This document shows positions 1-10,930 of a stretch of 64,000 bases of DNA, in pieces. Made by a program: the position numbers and the translations under genes. The notes beneath the pieces were generated by a model, which saw only the letters and a list, made by a program, of their open reading frames with translations, did not search any database and was not told the origin of the DNA. The stretch is from Clostridiales bacterium (lineage in GTDB: Bacteria; Bacillota; Clostridia; Christensenellales; JAISNN01), in NCBI GenBank assembly GCA_031275485.1, contig JAISOS010000007.1, positions 2,618 to 66,617 of the forward strand, written 5' to 3'. How positions within the stretch are numbered: position 1 is the first letter of the stretch; the number at the start of each line of letters is the position of its first letter.

Positions 1-55
1 CCGCGCTCTTTGAGAGCGGTCTCTTAGTGTGCATTATTTTTCCCCTTTTTTAAGA

Positions 56-116
56 GTGCGAGGGAAACCTTTTGTTGAAAAAAGACATCCCCACGCGTCT
101 CTTTCAAAAAAATTTG
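56..116 (-). repeat. REP-like family A copy (degenerate)
   Basis: gcgagggaaaccttttgttgaaaaaag...cacgcgtctctttcaaaaaaattt. Confidence 0.7.
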
Positions 117-336
117 ATATTTTTGTATTTTAATTAAATCAAGACGCGGTCAAAAGCTCGTTTCCATAGATTAAAACGTCATACTTTTAAGGGATTTCCA
201 CGGTTTTTAAGGCGTTTTTCGAGAGCTTTCGGCTAAGCCGTCAAACGGCGATATATTCCGCTTCCCTTTCGTTTAAGACCTTTTCGCTTTTGGACTGCGG
301 ACACTATACGAAACTTTTATTTGTAACCGGAGATGC

Positions 337-496
337 GGCGTGTTCGCGTAACGAAAACGAGAGGATTTCAGGCGGGTTCCGTGTCTCTCGAGGCGTTTAA
401 CTATGCGCCGCCACGCGGGGGGGGGGGACAACGCCGAAAAGGGTCAAAATAAAGTCAAAAAACACGACGTTCACGCTTTATGTGAACACGCCCTAA
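337..496 (+). mobile_element. MITE-like family C copy
   Basis: TIR ggcgtgttcgcgtaa / ttatgtgaacacgcc; homologous to 2805-2950, 15972-16127 and 28530-28671. Confidence 0.8.
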
Positions 497-946
497 AATT
501 CGGAACTCTCAATATTTTATAATACCAACCTTATCAGCGGTAATAGTATGCGATAAAACGTAATTAATAAATATAAATACTTCATAAGTATAGCATAAAT
601 TTCCCTTTTTGTAAAGCCGTATAATGTAATTTTTAGATGATTTTTGTTTCAACACAATAGACGCGTCAGGTTACGGCCGTCATAAAACCCACATAATAAT
701 AGCCGCGCTTACGGTTTTTTGCGGCGCTTTCTTATTCGAGATTATGTTGACCTTATCCGTAATGAAGCCTGGTTTTAGACGGTTTTTGCGTCAGGCAAGA
801 CTGCGTTTTCGACAAAACGCGGACTCCGCCGCGTCGGAAAAAACAACGTAGCCTTACGCGAAAGGAAACAAAATACGACTGTCGTGATAGCGTCAACGCA
901 CGCCCGTATATACCGAGATTTTCACCATATTCTATAAAAAATTTTG

Positions 947-992
947 TATAACAAATCCCGCTCCTTTAAAAAAGGGGGCGGGATTTGTTATA
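947..992. terminator. Strong hairpin, probable terminator downstream of rbr
   Basis: tataacaaatcccgctcc / ggggcgggatttgttata inverted repeat. Confidence 0.6.
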
Positions 993-1223
993 TAATCGTT
1001 AAAATCGGGATTGCGGCGGATATAATCGCTGAATTTTCGCCGTAAGCGGCGGATTCTTTTTCGCATAAATACGCGTCTTTATCCCCGCATGTTTCAGCAA
1101 AAAGCCGCGTCCGCGTTTTGTGTCTTTAAATCCTTTAAAAACGCCGCACCGCCCGTCGCGCCTGTTTGCCGCCGCATAGCAGACTTTCACCGCGCCCTTT
1201 TCCAAAAAATTCACCGCCGAAAA

Positions 1224-1766
1224 TCAATAATTCGCGGGATTTAATTCAAAATACGCCCTCGGGTGCGAGCAGACCGGGCATTGCTCCGGCGCTTCGTCGC
1301 CGTAATGGATGTGACCGCAATTTCTGCAATGCCACGCCTTTTTTTCCTCTCTTTTAAACACCGCGCCATTTTCTATATTCGCGAAGAAACTTTCGTATCT
1401 TTTCTCATGATTTTTTTCGACCGCCGCCACGCCCGCGAACAGCTTGGCTATATCGTCAAAGCCCTCCTCTTTCGCCGTCGCGGCAAATTCCTTATACATA
1501 GTCGTCCACTCGTAGTTTTCTCCGCTCGCCGCGTCCTTCAAATTGACCGCCGTCTCGGGTACGCCGCCGCCGTGCAGCGCCTTAAACCACAGCTTTGCGT
1601 GTTCCTTTTCATTTTGGGACGTTTCGTTAAAAATTTCGGCAATCTGCTCATAGCCGTCCTTTTTGGCGCGGCTCGCGTAGTATTGGTATTTGATTGCCGC
1701 CATACTTTCTCCCGCGAAAGCGGCGGAGAGATTTGCTTCGGTTTTCGAGCCTTTCAACTCTTTCAT
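1224..1766 (-). CDS. rbr: Rubrerythrin
   Basis: N-terminus [18 protein letters not shown], di-iron ExxH motifs (EKEH, EKNH), C-terminal rubredoxin CxxC...CPxC; GGAGG RBS. Confidence 0.95.
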   Translation of the reverse strand: MKELKGSKTEANLSAAFAGESMAAIKYQYYASRAKKDGYEQIAEIFNETSQNEKEHAKLWFKALHGGGVPETAVNLKDAASGENYEWTTMYKEFAATAKEEGFDDIAKLFAGVAAVEKNHEKRYESFFANIENGAVFKREEKKAWHCRNCGHIHYGDEAPEQCPVCSHPRAYFELNPANY

Positions 1767-1913
1767 AATGGTACCTCCGTCATTTTAAAATTAAAAATAT
1801 TTATCGATATCAGACTTATCCGCATAACGCCGTAACCGGTAAGTCTGTTTTATCCTTATCGGCGCGGTAGCAGACTGTCCGCCGCAGGAATTTCAATCGG
1901 CGGCGCCCGCCGT

Positions 1914-2687
1914 TCAGCGGTACGCGATACTCTCGTCCTTAGGCGGTTCTATACCCCGCCGCCCGCACGCCTCAAGCAATTCTTTCGGTAGAAAAATCCG
2001 CATATCCGGATCGTTTAGCGAAACAAATTTATATACGTATCCGTCCGCCGTCAGAATTTTAATCGGAAGCGATTCCTTGTCTATCCAAAGGACCGATTTA
2101 CCCGAAAGCCGCGAGGTCATACGCCCAACGCGCGCCGTTTTTATTTTATATCCGCCGTCGCGCGCGGGCGAGGCTTCCATATTCCCCGTCATACGGCCGT
2201 ATCCCAATTTGGCGCTCATAAAATCGTCGCGGAAATATTCTTTTTCAATATTGCGGCGGTTGTCCACGCAAACAAGCCCGTTTCCGCCGCAGTAATAAAT
2301 CGTATATTTTTTATTGATATAAAAGACAATATTTTTACCGTTCCGTCTCAAAAGATACGCGTCGGATATATTAGTATAACGTTTAATGAGAAAAATCAAA
2401 ACGCCGCCCGCTAAAATCAAGATAAAACCGCCGGTAATCAAAGCGATAAACGAGCCGCCGCGATATCGATATTGACAGCCGTAACCGATAACGGCAAGCG
2501 CGCCGAGTATCATATACGCCAAACCGACGACGGTAACGACTGAGATTTTTTCGCTTACGACGGCGCGGCATGATCTCAGTTTCGAATACGACAGCCGGAC
2601 AAGCTCCGACGCGGAGCTTCCGCGAAACGGTTTATCCGTATGTTTTTCGTTATTTACTTTTCCCGCCGTTTCGCATCGTTTATTCAT
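1914..2687 (-). CDS. Hypothetical membrane protein (two N-terminal TM helices)
   Basis: 257-aa ORF with two hydrophobic segments and an upstream GGAG; no family recognised. Confidence 0.6.
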   Translation of the reverse strand: MNKRCETAGKVNNEKHTDKPFRGSSASELVRLSYSKLRSCRAVVSEKISVVTVVGLAYMILGALAVIGYGCQYRYRGGSFIALITGGFILILAGGVLIFLIKRYTNISDAYLLRRNGKNIVFYINKKYTIYYCGGNGLVCVDNRRNIEKEYFRDDFMSAKLGYGRMTGNMEASPARDGGYKIKTARVGRMTSRLSGKSVLWIDKESLPIKILTADGYVYKFVSLNDPDMRIFLPKELLEACGRRGIEPPKDESIAYR

Positions 2688-2804
2688 ACATGCCGCTCCG
2701 TTTCCGGCAATATCCGGATTACTTCCGTTTTCACGCCGATTATCCGCGTATCTTCCGCTCCGTTTTAAGAGCCTGTTTTCAGTAATTAAAAAAGGATTCC
2801 GAAT

Positions 2805-2950
2805 TATACGATTCGCATAAACGAAAACGATGGGATTCTATTTTGTTTCCGCGCCTTTCAAGGCGTTTAACTGCGAGACGAGATAACGGCGAAAGGGGGT
2901 AAACAAGCGCAAAAAACGCGCCGTTCACGCTTTATGTGAACACGCCTTAA
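2805..2950 (+). mobile_element. MITE-like family C copy abutting the galU stop
   Basis: aaacgaaaacga...aggcgtttaact...gttcacgctttatgtgaacacgcc. Confidence 0.8.
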
Positions 2951-3837
2951 TTATCCCCGCCGCCGCGATTGAGCTCGCTCAGATATTTTTTCAGTTCCCC
3001 GCCCGCGCGTTTATCGCGCAAACCGTATTCGATGTTGGCTATAAGAAAACCAACCCTGTCGCCTATATCGTATCTCTCGCCCTCAAATTCATAGGCATAC
3101 GCGCCAGCCTCTCTCGCGACAAGATCTATAGCATCCGTCAAAAATACCTCGTTATTTCTAAGCGCGGTGCGCTCCAGCGCGTCGAATATATCCGGCGTCA
3201 GCACAAACCGCCCGAGACTCGCAAGATTAGACGGCAGAGCGTTTATGTCCGACGGCTTCTCGACTATACCTTTTATCTCGGTGTACCGCCCCTTGACCGC
3301 GCCTTTTTTTATGACGCCGCATTTTAAGGCGGTTTTGTCGCTCACACTCTGCACGCCCACAACGGACAGCCGCGTTTTTTCGTAAGCCTCTATCAGCTGT
3401 CTTGTGCAAGGCTTGTTAGCGTTATAAATCACGTCGTCGGCGAACAGCACCGCGAACGGCTCGTCCTTCACAAAGCTCCGCGCCAATCCCACCGCCGCGC
3501 CCGACCCTCTCATCTCCTTTTGCCGGACGTATGTAAATTCGGCGTCGAGATGACTCATTAGAACGGTTTTCAGATCGTCGGTCCTGTCGAAGCGTTTCAG
3601 CAGATTTTCCAATTCGTAATTTTTATCGAAATGATCCTCGATACATCTTTTAAAGCGGTTGGCGATTATCAGGATTTCCTTTATTCCCGAATCGACCGCT
3701 TCCTCGACGATATATTGAACGGCGGGCTTATCTACAATCGGCAACATTTCTTTGGGCACGGATTTTGTAATCGGCAAAAAACGTGTCCCAAATCCGGCGG
3801 CCGGAATAACCGCCTTTCTTACGGTCAACTTATCCAT
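2947..3837 (-). CDS. galU: UTP--glucose-1-phosphate uridylyltransferase
   Basis: KAVIPAAGFGTRFLPITKSVPKEMLPIVDKP and VEKP motifs; start moved to MDKLTVRK. Confidence 0.93.
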   Translation of the reverse strand: MDKLTVRKAVIPAAGFGTRFLPITKSVPKEMLPIVDKPAVQYIVEEAVDSGIKEILIIANRFKRCIEDHFDKNYELENLLKRFDRTDDLKTVLMSHLDAEFTYVRQKEMRGSGAAVGLARSFVKDEPFAVLFADDVIYNANKPCTRQLIEAYEKTRLSVVGVQSVSDKTALKCGVIKKGAVKGRYTEIKGIVEKPSDINALPSNLASLGRFVLTPDIFDALERTALRNNEVFLTDAIDLVAREAGAYAYEFEGERYDIGDRVGFLIANIEYGLRDKRAGGELKKYLSELNRGGGDN

Positions 3838-4214
3838 ATTTCGGCTTCCTTCATACGCGTATATATTATATAACGTTTCCGTCAAATTTGCAATAGTAAA
3901 ATAATAATTTTATGTAAATTTAAAACTCAACCCGCCAGAACGCCGTAATAAAGATATATAATCCGTTTAAGTATTACGGGATTTAAGATTTTTCATAATA
4001 TATAAATAGATTATGTATTACGAAATATGACATTTTTCATAATACATAATCTGTTTATATATTGCTAAACGCAGCGTCCTGCGGAATATTCCGTATTTCC
4101 TCTCCGAATCGTTAAAGTTTTTTGAAAAGGGCGCGGTGAAAGCCTTAGGGCGACGAGGCTTTTTGCCGGAATACGTGAGGAAAATACGCGCCAGATAAGT
4201 TCGGAAAGGGCTCT

Positions 4215-5507
4215 CTATTTATCGAATATTTTCCTAAGCGGCTTTCTCGAACATTCGGCTACGCGGACTATGTCCGCGCCCAGTTCCCTCAGAGTTTCCT
4301 CAAAATTTTCATAGCCCCTGTCGATACGTTCGGCGTAATTCACTACGCTTATTCCATCGGCTTTCAGCGCGGCGACGGCAAGGGCGGCTCCGCAGCGCAG
4401 GTCATGCGCGGTTACTTCCGCGCCGCGAAGTCTATCGACGCCGCGTATCAGCGCGGTTCTGCCGTCAATATATATTTTTGCGCCCATCTTTTCCAATTCG
4501 ACGGCGTGATTAAAGCGGTTTTCAAATATCCTTTCCGTTATGCGCGTAACGCCGTCGCAGACCGCCGCAAGCGCGGTTATTTGCGGCTGTAAATCCGTAG
4601 GAAAGGACGGGTACGGATCGGTCGCTATGTCTGGCAGCGCGCCGAGCCGCCCGCCGCTCTTTATTTTTATGTAATCCGAGCCGCATTCTATATCGCAATA
4701 ATTGTTTTTCAACGCCCCGAATAACGCCGCGAGCTGATACGGGCGGCAATTTTGCACTGTCAATTCCCCTCCGCAGACTGCGGCGGCTATGACCAGCGTG
4801 CCCGCGACAATTCTGTCGGGCACGGGCGCGTATGCCGCGCCCGACAATTTTTTCACGCCCTTAACGGTTATTACGGACGTGCCCGCGCCGCTCACGTCCG
4901 CGCCCATAGCGTTCAAAAGATTTTGGAGGTCGGTTATTTCCGGCTCTTTTGCGGCATTCGATATGCGCGTCGTACCATCCGCGCAAACGGCCGCCATCAT
5001 AATATTTTGGGTCGCCCCCACGCTCGGAAAACCGAAAACTATGTCGCCGCCGCGCATCTCGGACGCATCGCACACTATGGCGTTTTGATTTTCGGCGATT
5101 TTCACGTTCAAGCTTCGCAACGCGCTAAGGTGTATATCGACGGGTCTTTCGCCGATCGCGCAGCCGCCCGGCAAATAAATCCGCGCCCTTTTAAAGCGCG
5201 ACAGCATAGGACCCAACAGCACGAATGACGATCGCAAGCTTTCGGCGAGTTTTTTCGATATATTCGTATTCAAAGCGTTTTTCGCGTTGATAAAAATATC
5301 CTCGCCGTTGTAGAGCGCCTTCGCGCCCAAGCCATTTATTATTTTCAGCTTGTTCGCGATGTCGGTGAGATCGGGGCAGTTTTTTAAAACGACGTCGTCC
5401 TCCGTAAGCACGGACGCGGCGATTAGCGCGAGAACGGAATTTTTCGCCGCTTTCAATCGGACGGAGCCGCGCAGTCGATTTCCGCCCTTTATTATATATT
5501 TGTGCAT
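4215..5507 (-). CDS. murA: UDP-N-acetylglucosamine 1-carboxyvinyltransferase
   Basis: AKNS, LPGGCAIGERPVDIH, FPTDLQPQ and IDRGYE motifs; start at MHKYIIKGG after GAGGAG. Confidence 0.95.
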   Translation of the reverse strand: MHKYIIKGGNRLRGSVRLKAAKNSVLALIAASVLTEDDVVLKNCPDLTDIANKLKIINGLGAKALYNGEDIFINAKNALNTNISKKLAESLRSSFVLLGPMLSRFKRARIYLPGGCAIGERPVDIHLSALRSLNVKIAENQNAIVCDASEMRGGDIVFGFPSVGATQNIMMAAVCADGTTRISNAAKEPEITDLQNLLNAMGADVSGAGTSVITVKGVKKLSGAAYAPVPDRIVAGTLVIAAAVCGGELTVQNCRPYQLAALFGALKNNYCDIECGSDYIKIKSGGRLGALPDIATDPYPSFPTDLQPQITALAAVCDGVTRITERIFENRFNHAVELEKMGAKIYIDGRTALIRGVDRLRGAEVTAHDLRCGAALAVAALKADGISVVNYAERIDRGYENFEETLRELGADIVRVAECSRKPLRKIFDK

Positions 5508-5795
5508 ATGTAAGCAACTCCTCGCTGTCGGATATATAATATATATGAAAAGCGGCGTCTTATTGTTAATCATGACCACGTTCATGCGGATTTGATATGG
5601 ATTTTTTATATACTTTTTATTTATTTTACTACGGTACAAAGCGCGGTAATCCCGCGATTTTTCGTTCTTCATATAATATGGAATTTTTATATATTTTTTA
5701 ATTTATTTTATGCCGTACAATATGTATAATCCACAACTTATGTCTTCCCTTGTTCAGCCGTATAGGATATAGATTTTTTATGCCTGCCGCATGAA

Positions 5796-6926
5796 CTATA
5801 TCCGCGTCCTTATTCCGCGAAGCCCGACGACCAACGGGTTTTTCCGCGCCGATATATTCATTGCCAGGCCGATCGCCGCCATATACGCAAGTAGTGAGCT
5901 ACCGCCCGCGCTCATAAACGGCAACGGCAGACCCGTAGGAGGTATCGAGCCGCTTACGACGGCTATATTTATCGCGGTCTGCACGGCGATGAGCGACGCG
6001 ACGCCCGCGGCAAGATACGCGTCGAATTTGCTTTCCGCCCGAATCGCCGCCCGCGATATCCTAGCTATCAAAAATACGAACAAAAGAATGGTAATGCACG
6101 AACCGAACAGCCCCAACTCCTCGCCGATTATGGAAAAGATAAAATCCGATTCTGAAAACGGCAAAAACAGATATTTTTGGCGCGAATTGAACAGTCCCAC
6201 TCCGAAAAAACCGCCCGAACCCAGAGCGTAATAGGATTGAATCAGCTGATAACCCTCCGCCTTAGGCGACGCCCACGGATCGAGGAACGCCGTAAGGCGG
6301 CTCATTCTGTACGGTTCCAAAACTATCATAAGAATTACGCCTGCGGCTATCGGCAAAAGTAGCAGAATAAGCGTCTTAATCTTCATGCCGCCGATGAGGA
6401 GCATAATCAGCATTACCAGCCCGACGCACATAGTAATCGACATATTCGGCTCGAGTATAATAAGCGCGCACATACATCCGCCCGCAAGGAAAACCGGAAC
6501 CGTATTTTTAAATTTATTCATATCGTGAACGGACATTTCCGCCGCCGCGTATATTATAAAGCCGAATTTGGAAATTTCGGAGGGTTGCAGCGTCGTAAAT
6601 CCCAAATTTATCCATCTCGCCGCACCGTAATTGCTTACGGAAAGACCCGGCACAAAAACCGACGCGAGCAGAATGAGAGAAAACGCGAGAACAACATAAC
6701 GGAACTTAACCAAGCGCTTTAAGTCTAAAAAACCTATCCCGAACATCACGATAAGCCCGGCGGTCAATGCGACCGCCTGTTTTTTTACATAAAAAAAGGC
6801 GTCGCCGTAGGAAAACTCCGCGCCGTAGGAGCTTGCGGAATATATCATCAAAATCCCGAACAGCGCGAGGCATACCGTTAGCGCGGGGATCCAAAAATCA
6901 CCCTTTAATTTCAAACTTTTTGTCAT
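5796..6926 (-). CDS. ftsW: SEDS family protein FtsW/SpoVE
   Basis: GAARWINLG, QPSE, GYQLIQS, LPFSESDFIF and TGLPLPFMSAGGSS motifs; could be the sporulation paralogue spoVE. Confidence 0.9.
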   Translation of the reverse strand: MTKSLKLKGDFWIPALTVCLALFGILMIYSASSYGAEFSYGDAFFYVKKQAVALTAGLIVMFGIGFLDLKRLVKFRYVVLAFSLILLASVFVPGLSVSNYGAARWINLGFTTLQPSEISKFGFIIYAAAEMSVHDMNKFKNTVPVFLAGGCMCALIILEPNMSITMCVGLVMLIMLLIGGMKIKTLILLLLPIAAGVILMIVLEPYRMSRLTAFLDPWASPKAEGYQLIQSYYALGSGGFFGVGLFNSRQKYLFLPFSESDFIFSIIGEELGLFGSCITILLFVFLIARISRAAIRAESKFDAYLAAGVASLIAVQTAINIAVVSGSIPPTGLPLPFMSAGGSSLLAYMAAIGLAMNISARKNPLVVGLRGIRTRI

Positions 6927-6958
6927 ACATAAATTCCTTTTTGAAAAAAGGAAACATT

Positions 6959-7024
6959 ATGCGCGGGAGGAAAAACCTTTCGTTAACAAAAGATACCCCG
7001 CGCTCACTTCCTAAAAACTTTAAC
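6959..7024 (-). repeat. REP-like family A copy
   Basis: Hairpin followed by a cttcctaaaaacttt tail, upstream of ftsW. Confidence 0.75.
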
Positions 7025-7256
7025 GGTTAGAATACGCGCCGCGAACTTTTTTAAGAACGGGAGCTTATCAAAGCCTCGCTCCCAAAACGCGCCGCGAAAG
7101 CCCGTTTAAAAACAAGCGGCATATATTGCGGCGAAAGAGCTTTTACCCAAAAGTTCGCGTATCGTTATATGCGAACGGGGAACGGCAAAAGCGATGCGCG
7201 CGCAAGCGACCGACGGATTGTTTTTTCTCTCCGCTCCGCAAAAAACTCCTATACGC

Positions 7257-8750
7257 TTATTCCGTCAATTCGTTTACAAGCCCTACGAAAACCTGACCTC
7301 TTTCCTCATAGTTTCTGTATCTGTCGAAACTTGCCGACGCGGGTGAAAACAATACATTCTCGGGTCTTTTTGCGTAAGCCGCGTCCACGCCCTCCTTTAA
7401 AGAATCGATCCGCTCCGTTCTTATATGCGGGAATTTTTCCGCCGCCGATAAAATCGCGGTCGCGTTTTGCCCCGTAACGAATACGGCGGAAATATTATCG
7501 GGTAGCGCCGAAAACAAATCGGCAAAGTCCTCTCCCTTGTCGCTTCCGCCTAAAATCAACGCCGTACTCCCCGTCATACTTCTCACCGCCGCCGCCGTCG
7601 CGTGAATATTCGTTCCCTTGCTGTCGTTGAAAAAACGCGTGCTCCCTATTTCCCTCACAAATTCGATCCGGTTGTGCGCGAGCTTGAAGTTTTGAAAGGC
7701 GGCGATTATATATTCGTTTTCGACGCCGTTCAACTTCGCGGCGCAGACGGCGGCCAAAGCATTTTCAAGGTTGTGTCTGCCGGAAATTTTAAGATCGGAA
7801 ACTCGGCATATTTTTTCCCTTTTTTCGCCGTCGTCAAAGAAAATTTCCCCATCCTCCGCATACGCTCCGCGCACTCTTTTTTCGGCGGAAAAATACAGTG
7901 ATTTTGAGCGTATCACGCCGCATTTTTCGCTTCTTTTTTTATCCGTTTTTTCAGTTGAAATATACGGTAAATTCGCGGGTTCCACACCGTGTTTTTCACT
8001 CCGTTTTACGTCCGTCTTTTCGGCGCAAAAACAAGGTAAATTCACGGGTTCTGCACAATGTTCTTCGACCTTTTTTCCGCTATTATTTTCGCCGCAAAAG
8101 AAGCCTCGCAAGGTTCCGTCGTCGTAATTTATCACCGCGTAATCGTCGGCGGTTTGGTTTTCAAAAATTTTCATTTTTGCCGCGAAATATTCTCCCGCGT
8201 TTTTATGCCTGTCCAGATGATCGGGGGCGAAATTCAAAAATACGGCTATATGCGGTCTGAATTTTTTGACGCTTTCAAGCTGAAAGCTGCTGACCTCCAA
8301 GACCGCCTCGTCCGTGTCCGACTTAAAAAATTCCGAAAAAGGCTTCCCGATATTGCCTAGCGCGGCGCATTTTTTACCCGCTCTTTTATATATATCTTCG
8401 ATAAGCATAACGGTCGTCGTCTTGCCGTTCGTACCCGTGACGGCGGTTATATTTCCTTGAAACGCTCTAAACGCCGCCTCGATTTCTCCGATTACCTCCA
8501 CGCCTCTTTTTTTGCATTCCGAAACTATCCCCGAATCCAAGCCGACGGACGGGCTTATAACCGCCGTATTTATGCCGTCCAAAACCGCGCCGAAATCCTT
8601 TTTTCCGCTTCTGTCCTCCTCGGCGTATTCGGGCGGCTCGGCGATTCCCGCTCTGTCGTAGACGTAAACGTTTTTTCCCAAACGCCGCATTAATTCCGCT
8701 ACGGCGACGCCGCTCCTTTTGAAACCCACGATAAGTATGTTTTCGCTCAT
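7257..8750 (-). CDS. murD: UDP-N-acetylmuramoyl-L-alanine--D-glutamate ligase with a ~60-aa repetitive insert
   Basis: VTGTNGKTTT, LEVSSFQLE, PDHLDRH, NDSKGTN and SPASASFD motifs. Confidence 0.95.
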   Translation of the reverse strand: MSENILIVGFKRSGVAVAELMRRLGKNVYVYDRAGIAEPPEYAEEDRSGKKDFGAVLDGINTAVISPSVGLDSGIVSECKKRGVEVIGEIEAAFRAFQGNITAVTGTNGKTTTVMLIEDIYKRAGKKCAALGNIGKPFSEFFKSDTDEAVLEVSSFQLESVKKFRPHIAVFLNFAPDHLDRHKNAGEYFAAKMKIFENQTADDYAVINYDDGTLRGFFCGENNSGKKVEEHCAEPVNLPCFCAEKTDVKRSEKHGVEPANLPYISTEKTDKKRSEKCGVIRSKSLYFSAEKRVRGAYAEDGEIFFDDGEKREKICRVSDLKISGRHNLENALAAVCAAKLNGVENEYIIAAFQNFKLAHNRIEFVREIGSTRFFNDSKGTNIHATAAAVRSMTGSTALILGGSDKGEDFADLFSALPDNISAVFVTGQNATAILSAAEKFPHIRTERIDSLKEGVDAAYAKRPENVLFSPASASFDRYRNYEERGQVFVGLVNELTE

Positions 8751-8819
8751 ATAAAACGCGCCTTTTGCGGAATATAAAAAATCCCCGCATAAAAATATAT
8801 GCCGGAATTTAAAAATATA

Positions 8820-8982
8820 GTCGCATAAACGAAATTACGTCTAAAATAAACGTTTATTTTTTTGCCGCAAGCCGCTTAAAGGTTCTTTTTCATATTCCGG
8901 CAATGCGAAAAAAGGTTCTTTTTGCGTCGCAAGCACGGACAAAAAAGACGGACTCAATTTTAAGCCGCTAAACTATGACCGC
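8820..8982 (+). mobile_element. MITE-like family G copy (degenerate)
   Basis: ttttttgccgcaa...aaaggttctttttcatattccggcaatgcgaaaa core shared with the other copies. Confidence 0.6.
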
Positions 8983-9099
8983 AAAAAGTCCTTTTTTTGC
9001 GTAATCACCGCATGTATTACACACGGAATTAAAAAGAACGGCGTTTTCATATTAGACTACGTTCAATTTGAAAATTTAGCCGTTTTGCTTATAAAAGCA

Positions 9100-9162
9100 T
9101 TAAAGTCTTTCGGAAAGGGGCGCGTGGGAAACCTTTTGTTCACAAAAGGTTTCCCACGTGTA
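9100..9162 (+). repeat. REP-like family A copy
   Basis: aaagtctttcggaaaggggcg-cgtgggaaacctttt gttcac aaaaggtttcccacg. Confidence 0.9.
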
Positions 9163-9219
9163 AATTTTTCAACAAAAATCTCCGCGCATACCTCACTCGA
9201 TCCTCATTTTTATATAATT

Positions 9220-10641
9220 TCATATAATAAACCTGCGGCTCTTTTTCGGCGCGCTTTCTATCTCCGCTTTTTTCGCTTCGTAGCCCTTGCGTCCGAACAG
9301 CGCGTAAGTCGCGTTCTTGCCCTCCTCGACGCCCGGTTGGTTAAAGGCGTCTATATTCAGCATTGCCCCGAGATACGCCGTTTCGATTTGAAAAAACATT
9401 ATCAGCTGCCCGACGGTATAGGCGTTAACCGACGGCATAATTATTGTGCGGTTAAGTCTTTGCGCCTTTGCGAGCGCGTATTCGGTAGCGATTCTCTCGT
9501 TTGTAATCAATTCGTTCAGCGTATGCCCGCACAAAAAGTTCACATTCGGATATTCCTCGCAGCCGTTCGCGATTTTAAAGGTTTTTCTGTATTTTTCCAC
9601 GCCGATTATCGTGACGACTTTATCAAAAGGTCCCTCCGTATACAGTTGCACCTGACTGTGCTGGTCCGTAACGCCGAGCGCCTTGACGGGCGTCTGCCCC
9701 GCGTAGACCTTGTTTCCGTCAAGGTCGTTTTCCTTGCCCAGGCTTTCGCCCCAAAGCTGGCAATACCAATCCGCCATATATTTCAGGCTGTCGGCATACG
9801 GCATCATAACCGAAATGTTTTTTCCTTTTTTGATAGCGATATACTGCGTCGCCGCGCTCATCAGCGCCGCGTTTTTAAATATATCACCGCCCGCTTCCCT
9901 CGCGGAGCCGTCGGTATATTTCGCTCCGTCAAGCAACGCGTAAACGTCTATTCCCAATACGGCGGCGGGCAGTAGACCTACGGGACACAATTCGCTGAAA
10001 CGCCCCCCCACGCCGGACGGAATAAAAAAAGTCTTGAAATTATTTTCTCTTGCCAATTTGATAAGATTTCCGTTTTCCGAATCCGTCGTGGCAATTATGT
10101 GTTCGTTCCACTTTTCGCCGACTTTTTTTTTCAAAATGTCGGAAATAATGAGATACTGACTCATCGTCTCGCTCGTTGAGCCGCTCTTTGTAATCACGTT
10201 AAACGCGGTTTTTTTTACGTCTATAACGTCCAAAAGCGCGGACATTCTCTCGGGATCGACGTTGTCCTCCACGAAAAAGCGCGGCGCGTTATTTCTGCGT
10301 CTTTTAGAGAGGTCATTGTGTCGGAGATGGCAAAGCGCGTTGAACACGGCGAAAGGTCCGAGCGCGGAGCCGCCTATCCCCAGCACGACGAAATTATCGA
10401 ATTTTTCGGATATTTCCTTAGCGGTTTTCAAAATATCCTTTACGGTTTCGTCTTGGTTATACGGCAGTTCCGTCCAGCCCATCATACCATTCCCCCGTCC
10501 GGCGTTATAAGCCTCGGCGGCGGCGAGAGCGGCTGGCTTGACCTTGTTCAATTCGCGGGCCGAAATCCCCTCTTTGCCGATAAATTCCGCCCTCATATTG
10601 TTAAAATCAACTCTTATAGGTTTTCTCCGTTCCTGTTTCAC
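9220..10641 (-). CDS. pgi: Glucose-6-phosphate isomerase
   Basis: LGIGGSALG, TKSGSTSET, VGGRFS, QLWGESLGK and FNQPGVEEGK motifs; GTG start after AAGGAG. Confidence 0.95.
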   Translation of the reverse strand: MKQERRKPIRVDFNNMRAEFIGKEGISARELNKVKPAALAAAEAYNAGRGNGMMGWTELPYNQDETVKDILKTAKEISEKFDNFVVLGIGGSALGPFAVFNALCHLRHNDLSKRRRNNAPRFFVEDNVDPERMSALLDVIDVKKTAFNVITKSGSTSETMSQYLIISDILKKKVGEKWNEHIIATTDSENGNLIKLARENNFKTFFIPSGVGGRFSELCPVGLLPAAVLGIDVYALLDGAKYTDGSAREAGGDIFKNAALMSAATQYIAIKKGKNISVMMPYADSLKYMADWYCQLWGESLGKENDLDGNKVYAGQTPVKALGVTDQHSQVQLYTEGPFDKVVTIIGVEKYRKTFKIANGCEEYPNVNFLCGHTLNELITNERIATEYALAKAQRLNRTIIMPSVNAYTVGQLIMFFQIETAYLGAMLNIDAFNQPGVEEGKNATYALFGRKGYEAKKAEIESAPKKSRRFII

Positions 10642-10678
10642 TTGCGGTAACTCCTTGTTTTTATTTTTAATTTTTAAT

Positions 10679-10738
10679 TGCGTGCGAGAACCTTTTATTT
10701 ACAAAAGGTTCTCGCACGCGCCAATTTTCCAAAAATTT
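10679..10738 (-). repeat. REP-like family A copy
   Basis: gcgtgcgagaacctttt atttac aaaaggttctcgcacgc plus tail. Confidence 0.9.
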
Positions 10739-10754
10739 CGACGTCATACTTTTA

Positions 10755-10820
10755 ATCGTTGCGCTTTCAAAGCGGCATTGCCGAATTTGAAAACGCCGTT
10801 TTTTTAAGAACGGCGCCGGC
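10755..10820 (+). repeat. Dispersed repeat family B
   Basis: tcgttgcgcttt...atttgaaaacgccgtt...aagaacggcg; inverted copy at 58455-58520 and partial copy at 12414-12446. Confidence 0.7.
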
Positions 10821-10930
10821 GATTTTCACTACCGTATAATACCGTTACCGTTTTACAAAAAAAATCTCCGCTTGTCGTAGCCGCGCTTTATACGGCGGAA
10901 AAAGTTGTCCTCAACGTTATATCCGTTCAT

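Noticed and set aside
417-427. G11 run as a phase-variation switch
   Set aside because: It lies inside a MITE copy, not in a CDS or promoter spacer.
8785-8822. sigma-E-like promoters upstream of murD, murA, spoIVA and spoVB
   Set aside because: CATAxxT-like boxes are visible and plausible for sporulation genes, but the consensus is too degenerate in AT-rich DNA to call.
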